From assembly GCA_937880925.1 (NCBI GenBank), contig CALGGB010000312.1, positions 60 through 64,059 on the forward strand: 64,000 nt of DNA, given 5' to 3'. Made by a program: the position numbers and the translations under genes. Shown piece by piece: positions 10,779 through 20,628 of the stretch (position 1 is its first letter; each line of letters starts with the position of its first letter). The notes under the pieces are model-generated. The model was given only the letters and a program-made list of their open reading frames with translations, did no database searches and had not been told where the DNA came from. This DNA comes from an uncultured Rhodospirillaceae bacterium (GTDB lineage: Bacteria; Pseudomonadota; Alphaproteobacteria; SP197).

Positions 10779-11876
10779 TCAGTCTGCCCGGCCGCCGCGC
10801 ACGACGTAGTCGTAGCTCGCCGGCATGGGCAGGGCCGCCAGGCGGCCGAGGTCGCGGGCGGCATGAAACGGCCAGTAGGCGTCCATGAGCGAGGCGGTGG
10901 CGATCAGCGCCATGTCGGCCTCGCCCTTCTTGATGATGGCGTCGGCCTGCCCGGCCGTAGCGATCTGGCCGACTGCCGCGGTAGCGATCCCGGCCTCCGT
11001 GCGGATGCGGTGGGCGAACGGCACCTGGTAGCCCGGGCCGTAGGGGATGTCCTCCACCGGCACGGCGTAGCCCGAACTGCAGTCGATGAGGTCGACGCCT
11101 TCCTTTTTCATCATCTCGGCGAGCACCACGGAGTCCTCAAGGGTCCAGCCGCCTGGCGCCCAGTCGACGCAGGAGATGCGTACGGCCAGCGGCATGGCAT
11201 CGGGCATCACGGCGCGGCAGGCGCGCACCAGCTCCATGGGAAAGCGTGAGCGGCCCATGAAGTCGCCGCCCCAGCGGTCGCTGCGGTCGTTGACCAGCGG
11301 ACTCATGAACTGGTGGGCGAGATAGCCGTGGGCGGCATGAATCTCGATCATGTCGAAGCCTGCCGCGATGGACCGGCGCGCGGCCTCACCGAAAGCCGCG
11401 ATGACCTCGGCGATGCCGGCCTCATCCAGCGCCGTAGGCGTGTGGACAAGCGCGCCGCCCGGACCATCGAAGGGTCTGGCGACGCTGGAGACGGTCTGCC
11501 AGGCGCCCTCCTCGGCCGTGAGCGTGCGGTCGCCCTGCCAGGGCACAGTGGCATTGGACTTGCGCCCGGCATGGGCGATCTGCATGCAGCTTGCAGCACC
11601 ATTGGCCCGGATCGCCGCGGTGATCTGGGCCAGCTTCTCGATGTGATCGTCCTTCCAGATGCCAAGACAGCCCGGCGTAATGCGCCCGCGCGCCTCGACG
11701 CCCGAGGCCTCGGCGATCACCAGACCTGCGCCGCCCACGGCGCGGCTGGCCAGATGCACGAGGTGCCAGTCGCTGGCAAAGCCGTCATCCGAGACGTACT
11801 GGCACATCGGCGAGATGCCGATGCGGTTGCGCATCGTCAGGCCGCGCAGCGTGAGGGGAGCGAAGAGATCGGTCAT
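10779..11876 (-). CDS. NADH:flavin oxidoreductase, Old Yellow Enzyme family
   Basis: Starts MTDLFAPLTLRGLTMRNRIGISPMCQY, the OYE N-terminal signature, and HGAHGYLAHQFMSP is its active-site region. I take the ATG at 11876 (AGGAAC RBS) as start; the ORF from 11942 is an upstream extension. Confidence 0.85.
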   Translation of the reverse strand: MTDLFAPLTLRGLTMRNRIGISPMCQYVSDDGFASDWHLVHLASRAVGGAGLVIAEASGVEARGRITPGCLGIWKDDHIEKLAQITAAIRANGAASCMQIAHAGRKSNATVPWQGDRTLTAEEGAWQTVSSVARPFDGPGGALVHTPTALDEAGIAEVIAAFGEAARRSIAAGFDMIEIHAAHGYLAHQFMSPLVNDRSDRWGGDFMGRSRFPMELVRACRAVMPDAMPLAVRISCVDWAPGGWTLEDSVVLAEMMKKEGVDLIDCSSGYAVPVEDIPYGPGYQVPFAHRIRTEAGIATAAVGQIATAGQADAIIKKGEADMALIATASLMDAYWPFHAARDLGRLAALPMPASYDYVVRGGRAD

Positions 11877-12002
11877 GGGGGATGTTCCTGAAGGGACGGG
11901 CTGGGCGCACACCGATAACGCGCGACGGCGGGCCGCGTCCATCGCGGCATCGCGCGGCCACGGCCAAACGCGTTAAGGTGGCCGTCCCAGCGCGGAGCCG
12001 CC

Positions 12003-13301
12003 ATGAACGTTCCCAGCCGTCTTGAACGTCCCGCGACACGCCGCGGCCTGCTCGCATGGAGTCTGTTCGACTGGGCCAATTCGCCGACGCCGACCATCGT
12101 CATCACCTTCATCTTCGCACCTTATTTCGCGCGCGGCGTGGTCGGCGACGAGACCCGGGGGCTGGAGCTGTGGAGCTGGGGCATGGCGGCCTCGGCGCTG
12201 ATCATCGCGCTGATCTCGCCGATCACCGGCGCTATCGCCGACGCGGCTGGGCGGCGCAAACCCTGGGTCGGCGGCTTCACCGTGCTGACCGTGATCGCCA
12301 CCGCCCTGCTCTGGTTTGCCGAGCCCGATGCGGCCTGGACCATACCCGTGCTGGTCCTGGTGGTGCTGGTCAACATCGGCTTCGAGACCTCGACCGTCTT
12401 CTACAACGCCATGCTGCCCGATCTTGCCCCGCCCCATCGCATGGGCCGGCTTTCGGGCTGGGCCTGGGGGCTGGGTTATGCCGGCGGCATCGCCTGTCTG
12501 GCGCTGGCGCTGGTCGTCTTCATTCTGCCCGATCAGGCGCCCTTCGGCTTGGACGAGGTTCCATCGGGTGGTGTGCGTGTCGCGGCCCTGCTGGCGGCGG
12601 GCTGGCTGATCGTCTTTGGCTGGCCGATGTTCGTCTTCACGCCCGACCGCCCCAGTGCCCGGCTGCCCGTGACCACCGCGATCGCGCGGGGATGGCGGCG
12701 CCTGATCGAAACCGGGCGGGAGCTTTCCCGCCACAAGCAGATCCTGCGTTTCCTCGCCGCGCGCCTGCTCTACATCGACGGCCTCAACACGCTTTTTGCG
12801 CTCGGCGGCATCTATGCCGCCACGGCTTTTGCCATGACCGAGGAGGACGTGCTGATCTTCGCGGTCTGTCTCAACGTCACCGCCGGCCTGGGCGCGGCGG
12901 GTTTTGCCTGGCTTGACGACTGGCTGGGCCCCAAGCAGACCATCGTCATCGCCCTGCTCTGCCTTTGCGTCTGCGGCGGCGGCATCCTGATCGTGGAGGG
13001 TGTCACCTGGTTCTGGATCCTGGGCATGGCGCTGGGCATCTTCATCGGCCCGGTGCAATCGGCCAGCCGCAGCCTGATGGCGCGCATGGCCCCACCGGAG
13101 ATGACCGGCGAGATGTTCGGCTTCTTCGCGCTTTCGGGAAAGGTGACGAGCTTCATCGGCCCCCTGATGGTCGGCACCGTCACCGCGCTCTCCGGCAATG
13201 CGCGCCTGGGCATGAGCGTCATCGTCGTGCTGATGCTGGCGGGCCTTGCCATCCTGCTGACCGTGAAGGCGCCCAGGGGCCGCCGCGCCGCGCCGGAGTA
13301 G
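12003..13301 (+). CDS. MFS transporter (UMF1/Atg22-like family)
   Basis: 12 predicted TM helices. The N-terminus LAWSLFDWANSPTPTIVITFIFAPYF is typical of the UMF1 family. Confidence 0.75.
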   Translation: MNVPSRLERPATRRGLLAWSLFDWANSPTPTIVITFIFAPYFARGVVGDETRGLELWSWGMAASALIIALISPITGAIADAAGRRKPWVGGFTVLTVIATALLWFAEPDAAWTIPVLVLVVLVNIGFETSTVFYNAMLPDLAPPHRMGRLSGWAWGLGYAGGIACLALALVVFILPDQAPFGLDEVPSGGVRVAALLAAGWLIVFGWPMFVFTPDRPSARLPVTTAIARGWRRLIETGRELSRHKQILRFLAARLLYIDGLNTLFALGGIYAATAFAMTEEDVLIFAVCLNVTAGLGAAGFAWLDDWLGPKQTIVIALLCLCVCGGGILIVEGVTWFWILGMALGIFIGPVQSASRSLMARMAPPEMTGEMFGFFALSGKVTSFIGPLMVGTVTALSGNARLGMSVIVVLMLAGLAILLTVKAPRGRRAAPE

Positions 13302-13304
13302 GAC

Positions 13305-14528
13305 CTAGCCTTCGCCGCGCATGAGCCTGGGCAGGCGACCGACCGTGCCCATGGCATGGCGCATGAAGAGGCGCTTCAGCGGCGGAATCCGCTCGACGGC
13401 GCCGAGGCCCAGGTCGCGCGCCAGCGCCACGGGGGGGATCGCATTGGAGAACAGGCGGTTCAGCCCGTCGGTCACCGCCACCAGAGAGAAGGTATCGACA
13501 CGGCGGCGGCGCGCGTAGTCGGCAAGCGCCACGGCATCGCCGGGATCGAGGCCCAGGCGGCGGCTGTCGCCCAGCACCTCTGCCAGCACGGCGACATCGC
13601 GGATGCCGAGGTTGTAGCCCTGACCGGCGATGGGATGGATGCGATGGGCGGCATCGCCCACCAGCACCAGGCGTGGTGCGGTCGCATGATGCGCCAGCAC
13701 CAGGGTCAGCGGATAACTCCACACCGGCCCGGTGACCTTCAGGTCACCCAGGAAATCGCCGAAACGCCAGGCGATCTCCTCCAGAAAGGCTGCCGGTTCG
13801 AGCTGCAGCACGCGCTGCGCGATCGCGTCCTTCTCGGTCCAGACCAGCGAGGAGCGGTTGCCAGGCACAGGCAGGATCGCGAAGGGCCCACCGGGCAGAA
13901 AGCGCTCGTGCGCGATGCCGCGATGGTCGCGCTCGTACTCGACGGTGCAGACGATCCCGGTCTGGCCATAGGCGATGGTGCGGTGCCCGATGCCGGCCAT
14001 GGTGCGCACACCCGACATCGCGCCGTCGCAGGCCACGACCAGCGAACAACGCAGCACACGGCCGTCATCGATTGTCAGGTTTGCGCCCGTGCCGTCGCGC
14101 TCCATCGCGGTCACGCTGGCCGGCGCCAGCACGGTGATGCCCGGCTCGTCCGCCACGGCGGCATCGAGCGCGCGGCGGATATAGCGGTTCTCCAGGATGT
14201 AGCCCAGCGGATGGTCGCCGACGTCCTTGTGGTCGTAATGCAGGAACAGGGGCGCATCGCGGTCGCTGACGCGGATCTCCAGGATCGGCTGGGCATGGGG
14301 CACCATGGCGTCCCAGGCGCCCAGGTTATCCAGCACCAGCCTGGATCCCCAGGCGATGGAGGAGACACGGCCGTCGAAGCCGTCGCCCGAAAGCACGGCC
14401 GGCTCCTCACGCTCGATCATGGTCACGGAATGGCCCGCCCGGGCGAGTGCCAGGGACGCCGTCAGGCCGTTCATGCCGCCACCGACGACGGCGATATCGC
14501 TACGTTCGATCATGGCCCCATTCAACAC
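13305..14528 (-). CDS. FAD-dependent monooxygenase, UbiH/UbiF/Coq6 family
   Basis: GxGxxG FAD motif (DIAVVGGGMNGLTASLALARAGH) plus DG and GD motifs (ACDGAMSGVR; LVGDAAHRIHPIAGQG). Confidence 0.8.
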   Translation of the reverse strand: MLNGAMIERSDIAVVGGGMNGLTASLALARAGHSVTMIEREEPAVLSGDGFDGRVSSIAWGSRLVLDNLGAWDAMVPHAQPILEIRVSDRDAPLFLHYDHKDVGDHPLGYILENRYIRRALDAAVADEPGITVLAPASVTAMERDGTGANLTIDDGRVLRCSLVVACDGAMSGVRTMAGIGHRTIAYGQTGIVCTVEYERDHRGIAHERFLPGGPFAILPVPGNRSSLVWTEKDAIAQRVLQLEPAAFLEEIAWRFGDFLGDLKVTGPVWSYPLTLVLAHHATAPRLVLVGDAAHRIHPIAGQGYNLGIRDVAVLAEVLGDSRRLGLDPGDAVALADYARRRRVDTFSLVAVTDGLNRLFSNAIPPVALARDLGLGAVERIPPLKRLFMRHAMGTVGRLPRLMRGEG

Positions 14529-14613
14529 CCGCGGCGCCCCCGCGCCAAGCCGTCTGGTCGTCCCGCACCGGCGGTGCTAGGGAGGTTGCGCACCGGGCGG
14601 GGGAGATGAGGAC

Positions 14614-15975
14614 ATGGCGCAGCACTGGCACGAGATGACGGCAATGGCCCTGGGCGCTGGGATCGCCGCTGGCGCCGTCGACCCCGTGGACCTTGCCGAG
14701 AACTTCCTCGCGCGCATCGCCGAACACGACAGCGATCACCTGATCTTCATCCGCATGGACCCCGCGCGCACCCGCGCCGAGGCCATGGTGGCGCGCGAAC
14801 GGGCGAAGGCCGGCACCCGGCGCGGCCCGCTCGATGGCGTCCCCGTCTCCTGGAAGGACCTGGTCGATGTCGCGGGCATGGAGACGACCATGGCCGCCCG
14901 GGCGCTGGCCGGCCGCGTGCCCGAACACGACGCCCCGCTGCTTGTGCGCGCGACCAATGCCGGCATCGTCTTCCTCGGCAAGACCAACATGACCGAGTTC
15001 GCCTTCTCAGGGCTCGGCATCAACACCACCCACGGCACCCCGCCCAACGCGCGCGACCCGAAGACGCCACGCATCCCCGGCGGTTCCTCCTCCGGCGCAG
15101 GCGTGGCGGTCGCCAGCGGCCTCGGCCCCATCGGCATCGGCAGCGATACCGGCGGCTCCGTGCGCATCCCCGCCAGCCTCAACGGCGTCGTGGGGCTGAA
15201 GACCACCATCGGCGCGCTCGACACCACGGGCGTGCTGCCGCTCTCGCCCCTGCTCGACACCATCGGCCCGCTGACCGCCGATGTCGCCGACGCCGCGGCG
15301 ATGTGGTCCGTGCTCTCTGGCACGGCCATGGCCGACCTTGCCGGCGCCGACCTCAGGGGCCGCCTCTTCGTCGCGGTCGACGCGCCGCTGTGGAAGGACG
15401 TCGACCCCGGCGTCGACCGCGCCTGCCGCGCCGCCGTGGCGAAGCTGGAGGCCGCGGGCGCCCGCGTCGTCTGGCAGGATGTGCCGGAACTGGCCGAGGC
15501 CATGGAGGCGATGATCTCCATGGGCGGCCTCGTCACCGCCGACGCCTGGGCCTGCTGGGGCGGCCTCGTCGAATCCGACCCCACGGCGATCTACAAGTAC
15601 ATGCTGCCGCGCTTCCAGTCGGGCACGAAGCAGACCGGCTACGGCCTGCTGCGCCTGATGCGCCGCCTGGACGAACTATCGGCCAGCATGCACAGGAAGC
15701 TCGCCGGCTGCGACGCCATGATCGCCCCCACGGTTTCGGCGAGCCCGCCCGCCATCGCCGACCTGATCGACGACGAGGCTGCCTACACACGTGCCAACAT
15801 GATGGCCCTGCGCAACACCACGCCCGGCAACCTGACCCGGGTCTGCGCGCTGACCCTGCCCTGCGGCGCCGACGACAACGGCCTTCCCGCCGGCCTCATG
15901 CTGATGCAGCGCCCCAACCAGGAAGGCGCCCTGCTGCGGCTGGGCAAGGCGGTGGAAACGGCGCTGGCGGGATGA
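14614..15975 (+). CDS. amidase (amidase-signature family)
   Basis: The amidase signature stretch GGSSSGAGVAVASGLGPIGIGSDTGGSVRIPAS and a catalytic Ser-cisSer-Lys region are present. Confidence 0.85.
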   Translation: MAQHWHEMTAMALGAGIAAGAVDPVDLAENFLARIAEHDSDHLIFIRMDPARTRAEAMVARERAKAGTRRGPLDGVPVSWKDLVDVAGMETTMAARALAGRVPEHDAPLLVRATNAGIVFLGKTNMTEFAFSGLGINTTHGTPPNARDPKTPRIPGGSSSGAGVAVASGLGPIGIGSDTGGSVRIPASLNGVVGLKTTIGALDTTGVLPLSPLLDTIGPLTADVADAAAMWSVLSGTAMADLAGADLRGRLFVAVDAPLWKDVDPGVDRACRAAVAKLEAAGARVVWQDVPELAEAMEAMISMGGLVTADAWACWGGLVESDPTAIYKYMLPRFQSGTKQTGYGLLRLMRRLDELSASMHRKLAGCDAMIAPTVSASPPAIADLIDDEAAYTRANMMALRNTTPGNLTRVCALTLPCGADDNGLPAGLMLMQRPNQEGALLRLGKAVETALAG

Positions 15976-16922
15976 CCTCGCCCCACGACAACACACCCGC
16001 CGACCCGCGGGTCGAGGCAGCGCGCGAGTTTGCCCGGCCCGAGCCGCCGGGACGCCATCCGCACCTGATCGGCATCCTGCTGATGCTCGTGGGCCTGACG
16101 CTGATCACCAGCTCGGACGCGGTCGCCAAGTTGATGACGGAAGCGATGCCGGTCTTCCAGATCATGCTGTTCCAGGCCTGCGGTCTCGTCATCCTGGCGC
16201 CCCTTGTGGCGCGGCGAGTGAACCCGCTCGCCATCCTCGCCACGCCCGACCTGAAGCTGCAGATCGTGCGCTCGGTCTGCCAGCTCGCCAGCGGCCTCAG
16301 CTTCTATCACGGCCTGAAGGTGCTGCCCTTCGCCGACCTCGTCGCCATCCTCTTCATCGGGCCCCTGGTGCTGACCGCCATGGCCCATGTCGTGCTGGGC
16401 GAGCGCGCCGGGCCGCGCCGCTGGGCGGCCTGCGCGGTGGGCTTTGCCGGGGCGCTGGTGATCGCGCGCCCGGGCGGCGGCGGCATGGGCTGGGCGGCGC
16501 TGTGGCCGGCCGCGGCGGTGACCTTCTGGTCGGCCTACATCATCATCACGCGGCACATCTCGGCGCGCAATGGCACGGCCAACCTGATGCTGTGGGCCTC
16601 CCTTGCCTCCCTCGCGGTGCTGGCGGTGGTGGTCGTCACCGTGCCGGGCTCCTGGCAGATGCCGCAGGGCTGGCAGTGGCCGGCGCTGGCAGCCATCGCC
16701 CTGCTTTCGGCGGCAAGCAACGGCGTCACCATCCGCGCCTTTTCCATCGCGCCCGCCTCGCTTCTGGCACCCTTCTCCTATTTCGAGATCGTCGGCGCGA
16801 CCTTCTACGGCTACGTCATCTGGCACCACTTCCCCGACATCTGGACCTGGACCGGCACGGCGATCATCGTTGCGGCCGGGCTTTACGTTTACCGCCGCGA
16901 AGCCGCGGCGGCGCGGACGTGA
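15972..16922 (+). CDS. DMT superfamily transporter (EamA domains), paralog 1 of 3
   Basis: 10 TM helices with two EamA repeats. Its ATG overlaps the amidase stop (ATGA). Confidence 0.75.
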   Translation: MTSPHDNTPADPRVEAAREFARPEPPGRHPHLIGILLMLVGLTLITSSDAVAKLMTEAMPVFQIMLFQACGLVILAPLVARRVNPLAILATPDLKLQIVRSVCQLASGLSFYHGLKVLPFADLVAILFIGPLVLTAMAHVVLGERAGPRRWAACAVGFAGALVIARPGGGGMGWAALWPAAAVTFWSAYIIITRHISARNGTANLMLWASLASLAVLAVVVVTVPGSWQMPQGWQWPALAAIALLSAASNGVTIRAFSIAPASLLAPFSYFEIVGATFYGYVIWHHFPDIWTWTGTAIIVAAGLYVYRREAAAART

Positions 16923-17806
16923 CCGCTGCCACCCTGCCCGCGCGCACGCCGCTGCTGGGCATCGCGCTCTACATGGTCGCGATCACCCTGGTCGTGGCGG
17001 CCAACACCACGGGCAAGATCGCCATGGGCGGGCTGCCGGTGTGGCAGGTGGTGCTGGCCCAGGTCTCGGGCCTGTTCTTTGCCTCCATGCTGGTCGGGCG
17101 CACCCTGCGCGTCGACCGCCTGATCGGCGCGACACGGCAGCCCGGCCTGGAGGTCCTGAGGACCTGCTGCCAGATGGGGGCCGCGCTGTGTTTCTACATG
17201 GGCCTGCGCGCCATGCCGCTGGCCGACATCACAGGCATCACGCTGCTGCTGCCGCTGGCCATCACCGCACTGGCCGCGCTGACGCTCGACGAACAGGTTG
17301 GCTGGCGGCGCTGGTGCGCCTGCGGTGCGGGTCTTTTCGGCGCCCTGCTGATCGCCCGGCCGGGTTTCGAGGGCGCCCAGCCCGCGGCTCTCTGGCCCCT
17401 TGGCACCGTGGTGCTCTTTGCCTGCTACACCGTGCTGACGCGCCGACTGTCCTCTGAGGACTCGACGCCGACGCTGATGATCTGGGCCTCGCTTGCCACC
17501 GTCATCGTGCTGGGGCTGGCATCTCCCCTCTATTGGGTCTGGCCCACGCACGAGGGGTGGGCGGGTCTGGTCGGGGTCTGCATCTTCTCCGGCATCGCCA
17601 ACAGCGCACGGATCAAGGCGCTGGCCCTGGCGCCGGCCTCGCTGCTTGCCCCCTTCGGCTATACCCAGATCGCGACCGCAACAGTTGTCGGCTTCATCGT
17701 CTTCCACGAACTGCCCGACGGCCTTTCCTGGATCGGCATCGCCGTGGTGGTGGGCAGCGGCCTTTATGTCTGGCACCGTGAGCGCAGGAGAGAGGCACGA
17801 TCATGA
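16919..17806 (+). CDS. DMT superfamily transporter (EamA domains), paralog 2 of 3
   Basis: GTG start overlapping the preceding stop (GTGA). It is homologous to its neighbours (…WRRWCACGAGLFGALLIARPG…). Confidence 0.7.
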   Translation: MTAATLPARTPLLGIALYMVAITLVVAANTTGKIAMGGLPVWQVVLAQVSGLFFASMLVGRTLRVDRLIGATRQPGLEVLRTCCQMGAALCFYMGLRAMPLADITGITLLLPLAITALAALTLDEQVGWRRWCACGAGLFGALLIARPGFEGAQPAALWPLGTVVLFACYTVLTRRLSSEDSTPTLMIWASLATVIVLGLASPLYWVWPTHEGWAGLVGVCIFSGIANSARIKALALAPASLLAPFGYTQIATATVVGFIVFHELPDGLSWIGIAVVVGSGLYVWHRERRREARS

Positions 17807-18741
17807 GCGTACGACCGGGACTTCCGCCGGAGGCGGTGGGGCGGCCGCGGGATGCCGCGGGCAGCGTCGCCAATCCGCATCTGGCCGGCATCCTGCTGAT
17901 GCTGGCGGCGATTGTCCTGATCAACCTCAGCGACACCGCCGCCAAGCTCACCATCGACACGATCACGGTCTTCCAGGTTGCCCTGGTGCAGGTCCTGGGC
18001 CTGATGGCCTGCGGCATGATCGCCGCGCGCAGCGCCAACCTGCCGCGCATCATGGCGACCCCCAACTGGCGCATGCTGGTCGTGCGCTCGGCCTGCCAGT
18101 TCGGCGCCGGGCTCTGCTACTACAAGGGCCTGCAGCTGCTGCCGCTGGCCGATGTCATCGCCATCATCCTGCTGGGACCGCTGGCGACGACGGCGCTGGC
18201 CGCCCTGGTGCTGAAGGAACAGGTCGGACCGCGCCGCTGGGCGGCCTGTGTCGCGGGCCTGGTCGGGGCGATGCTGATCATCCGTCCGGGCATGGGCGCG
18301 GAGTCGGGCGGCATCGGCCTTGCGGCGTTGTGGCCCATGGGCTGCGTCACGCTCTATTCGATCTACGTCATCATGACGCGCCGGCTGTCGGCGACCAACC
18401 GCACCAGCACGCTGATGTGCTGGGGGGCGAGCGTGGGCACCGTGGTGTTGCTCGCGACCGCCCCGCTCTACTGGATCTGGCCGGACTGGACGATCTGGCT
18501 GGGCCTGGGCGCGGTGGCGGTGCTCTCGGGTGCCAGCAACGGCCTGCGCATCCGCGCCCTGGGTTTTGCCCCGGCCTCCGTCCTGGCGCCCTTCGGTTAT
18601 GCCGAGATCGTCGGCGGCACGATCCTGGGGCTGATCGTCTTCGGCACCTTCCCCGACGGCTGGTCCTGGGCCGGCATCGCCGTCATCGTCGGCGCCGGCC
18701 TCTACGTCTGGCACCGCGAACGCGCGAAGGCGCGGGCCTGA
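17803..18741 (+). CDS. DMT superfamily transporter (EamA domains), paralog 3 of 3
   Basis: ATGA overlap with the previous gene. It has the same architecture and conserved blocks as the other two (…PRRWAACVAGLVGAMLIIRPG…). Confidence 0.75.
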   Translation: MSVRPGLPPEAVGRPRDAAGSVANPHLAGILLMLAAIVLINLSDTAAKLTIDTITVFQVALVQVLGLMACGMIAARSANLPRIMATPNWRMLVVRSACQFGAGLCYYKGLQLLPLADVIAIILLGPLATTALAALVLKEQVGPRRWAACVAGLVGAMLIIRPGMGAESGGIGLAALWPMGCVTLYSIYVIMTRRLSATNRTSTLMCWGASVGTVVLLATAPLYWIWPDWTIWLGLGAVAVLSGASNGLRIRALGFAPASVLAPFGYAEIVGGTILGLIVFGTFPDGWSWAGIAVIVGAGLYVWHRERAKARA

Positions 18742-19095
18742 GGGACGTCCGCGGGCGGAGACGCACATCACCGACCGTCATCCCGGACAAGGCGCCCCCA
18801 ATCAAGTCGGGGGCAGGCTCCGCGCCGCAGATCCGGGACCTATGCCGGAACGCAATCAATGGCGCCGGCGCTTGTGTAGGCGTTCCGGCATGGGTCCCGG
18901 GTTCCGCGCTTCGCACGGCCCCGGGATGACGGGAGATCGAGGGGCGCGTACGCCGCGCATTCATGTGGCCTACCCCTGCCCCTCTGCCCGAGTCCTGTGC
19001 ATTGCACTGCACAATGAAACGGCAGGAGTCCTGACCTGCTCCGTCGCACGATTCCCAAGCCATTGATTCAACTTGCTCTTTTTTCCCGGCCGAAC

Positions 19096-19110
19096 TGGCA
19101 CATCGCTTGA
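19096..19110 (+). promoter_or_regulatory. sigma-54 promoter-like element TGGCAC-N5-TTGAA upstream of amtB
   Basis: TGGCACATCGCTTGAA lies ~85 nt upstream of the amtB ATG. It has the same deviant -12 (TTGA) as the element at 10071. Confidence 0.45.
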
Positions 19111-19195
19111 AATAGCGACTCCCGTCGGCTGCGCATGCTGCGCGGCCTATTCGGGGAGACAGCCGCAAAGAGCGGCATCACGGGGAGAAGACATC

Positions 19196-20506
19196 ATGCG
19201 CAAGTTCCTGCCACCCGGGCTCATCGCCCTTGCCGCTCTGCTGGTGCTGCCCTCGCTGGCGCACGCCGAGGTCGATGCTGAAACAGCCTACATCCTCAAT
19301 ACCTTCTCATTCCTGGTTAACGGCGCCCTGGTCATGTGGATGGCCGCCGGTTTCGCCATGCTGGAAGCCGGAATGGTGCGGACCAAGTCCGTGGCGACGA
19401 TCTGCCTCAAGAACGTCGTCCTCTTCGCGATCGCGGGCATCGCTTACTACGCCGTCGGTTACAACCTGATGTACGACGGGGTCGATGGGGGTTTCATCGG
19501 CTCGATCGGGCTCTGGGGGGCTAGCGACGAGGGCGCGGCAGAAGGCATCTTTGAAGGCTACGCCGCGTCCTCGGACTGGTTCTTCCAGATGGTCTTTGTC
19601 GCCACCGCCGCCTCGATCGTTTCGGGCGCGGTTGCCGAGCGGATCAAGCTGTGGTGCTTCCTGGCCTTCACCGCCGTTCTGACCGCGGTCATCTACCCCA
19701 TCGAGGGTGCATGGCAGTGGGGCGGCGGCTGGTTTTCCGAGATGGGTTTCTACGATTTTGCAGGCTCGACCATCGTGCATTCGACCGGCGGCTGGGCGGC
19801 GCTCACCGGCGTCCTGATCCTTGGCGCGCGTCGCGGCAAGTACGGCGAAAAGGGTGAGATCCGCCTGATGGCGCCCTCCTCCCTGCCGCTGGCAACCCTG
19901 GGTACCTTCATCCTTTGGCTGGGCTGGTTCGGCTTCAACGGCGGTTCGCAGCTTGCCCTGGGTTCGGGCATGGATGCGGTTGCCATGGCCAACATCTACG
20001 CCAACACCTGCGTTGCCGCGATGGGCGGCGTCGTGGTTGCGGCCATCGCCACCCAGCTCATCTACCGCAAGGTCGACCTGACCATGGTGCTCAACGGCGC
20101 GCTGGCGGGTCTCGTCTCGATCACGGCCGGTCCCGACACGCCGGGCCTGGGCGGCGCCATCCTGATCGGCGGCGTCGGTGCGGCGATCGTGATGGTCGGC
20201 GTGCCCCTGCTCGACAAGCTGAAGATCGACGACGTGGTGGGCGCCATTCCGGTCCATCTCTTCGCCGGCATCTGGGGCACCATGGCGGTTCCCCTCACCA
20301 ACCCCGACACGTCCTTTGTCACGCAAGGCATCGGTGTCGTGGCCATCGGCGCCTTTGTCGCCGTGGCCAGCGCCATCGTCTGGATGCTGCTGAAGGCCAC
20401 CGTCGGTCTGCGGGTTTCCGCCGAGGACGAGGAGACCGGTCTCGACCGGGTCGAACTCGGCATATCCGCCTATCCGGAGTTCAGCCGCGACTCGATCGCG
20501 GTCTGA
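19196..20506 (+). CDS. amtB: ammonium transporter AmtB
   Basis: Signal peptide is followed by the Amt signatures (…NGALVMWMAAGFAMLEAGMVRTKS…, …DFAGSTIVHSTGGWAALTGVLILGAR…) and 11 TM helices. Confidence 0.9.
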   Translation: MRKFLPPGLIALAALLVLPSLAHAEVDAETAYILNTFSFLVNGALVMWMAAGFAMLEAGMVRTKSVATICLKNVVLFAIAGIAYYAVGYNLMYDGVDGGFIGSIGLWGASDEGAAEGIFEGYAASSDWFFQMVFVATAASIVSGAVAERIKLWCFLAFTAVLTAVIYPIEGAWQWGGGWFSEMGFYDFAGSTIVHSTGGWAALTGVLILGARRGKYGEKGEIRLMAPSSLPLATLGTFILWLGWFGFNGGSQLALGSGMDAVAMANIYANTCVAAMGGVVVAAIATQLIYRKVDLTMVLNGALAGLVSITAGPDTPGLGGAILIGGVGAAIVMVGVPLLDKLKIDDVVGAIPVHLFAGIWGTMAVPLTNPDTSFVTQGIGVVAIGAFVAVASAIVWMLLKATVGLRVSAEDEETGLDRVELGISAYPEFSRDSIAV

Positions 20507-20539
20507 CCCTGCGGCATTTCTCCTGGCCGCAGATCACCT

Positions 20540-20581
20540 GGGCCCGCCCCCGCCATCCCCGGGGGGCGGGCCCCTTTTTCT
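20540..20581 (+). terminator. rho-independent terminator of amtB
   Basis: GGGCCCGCCCCC-gccatcc-GGGGGCGGGCCC is a 12-bp perfect stem, followed by CTTTTTCT. Confidence 0.8.
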
Positions 20582-20628
20582 GGCCGAGGCGAATCTGAAC
20601 GCCTGAGCCGCTCGTGGCGACCCAATCG

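Noticed and set aside
18842-19066. 74-aa ORF in the amtB upstream gap as a candidate glnK
   Set aside because: The sequence is Arg/Gly-rich with no PII motifs (no T-loop, no MKKIEAIIKP-like start). It overlaps the large inverted repeat.
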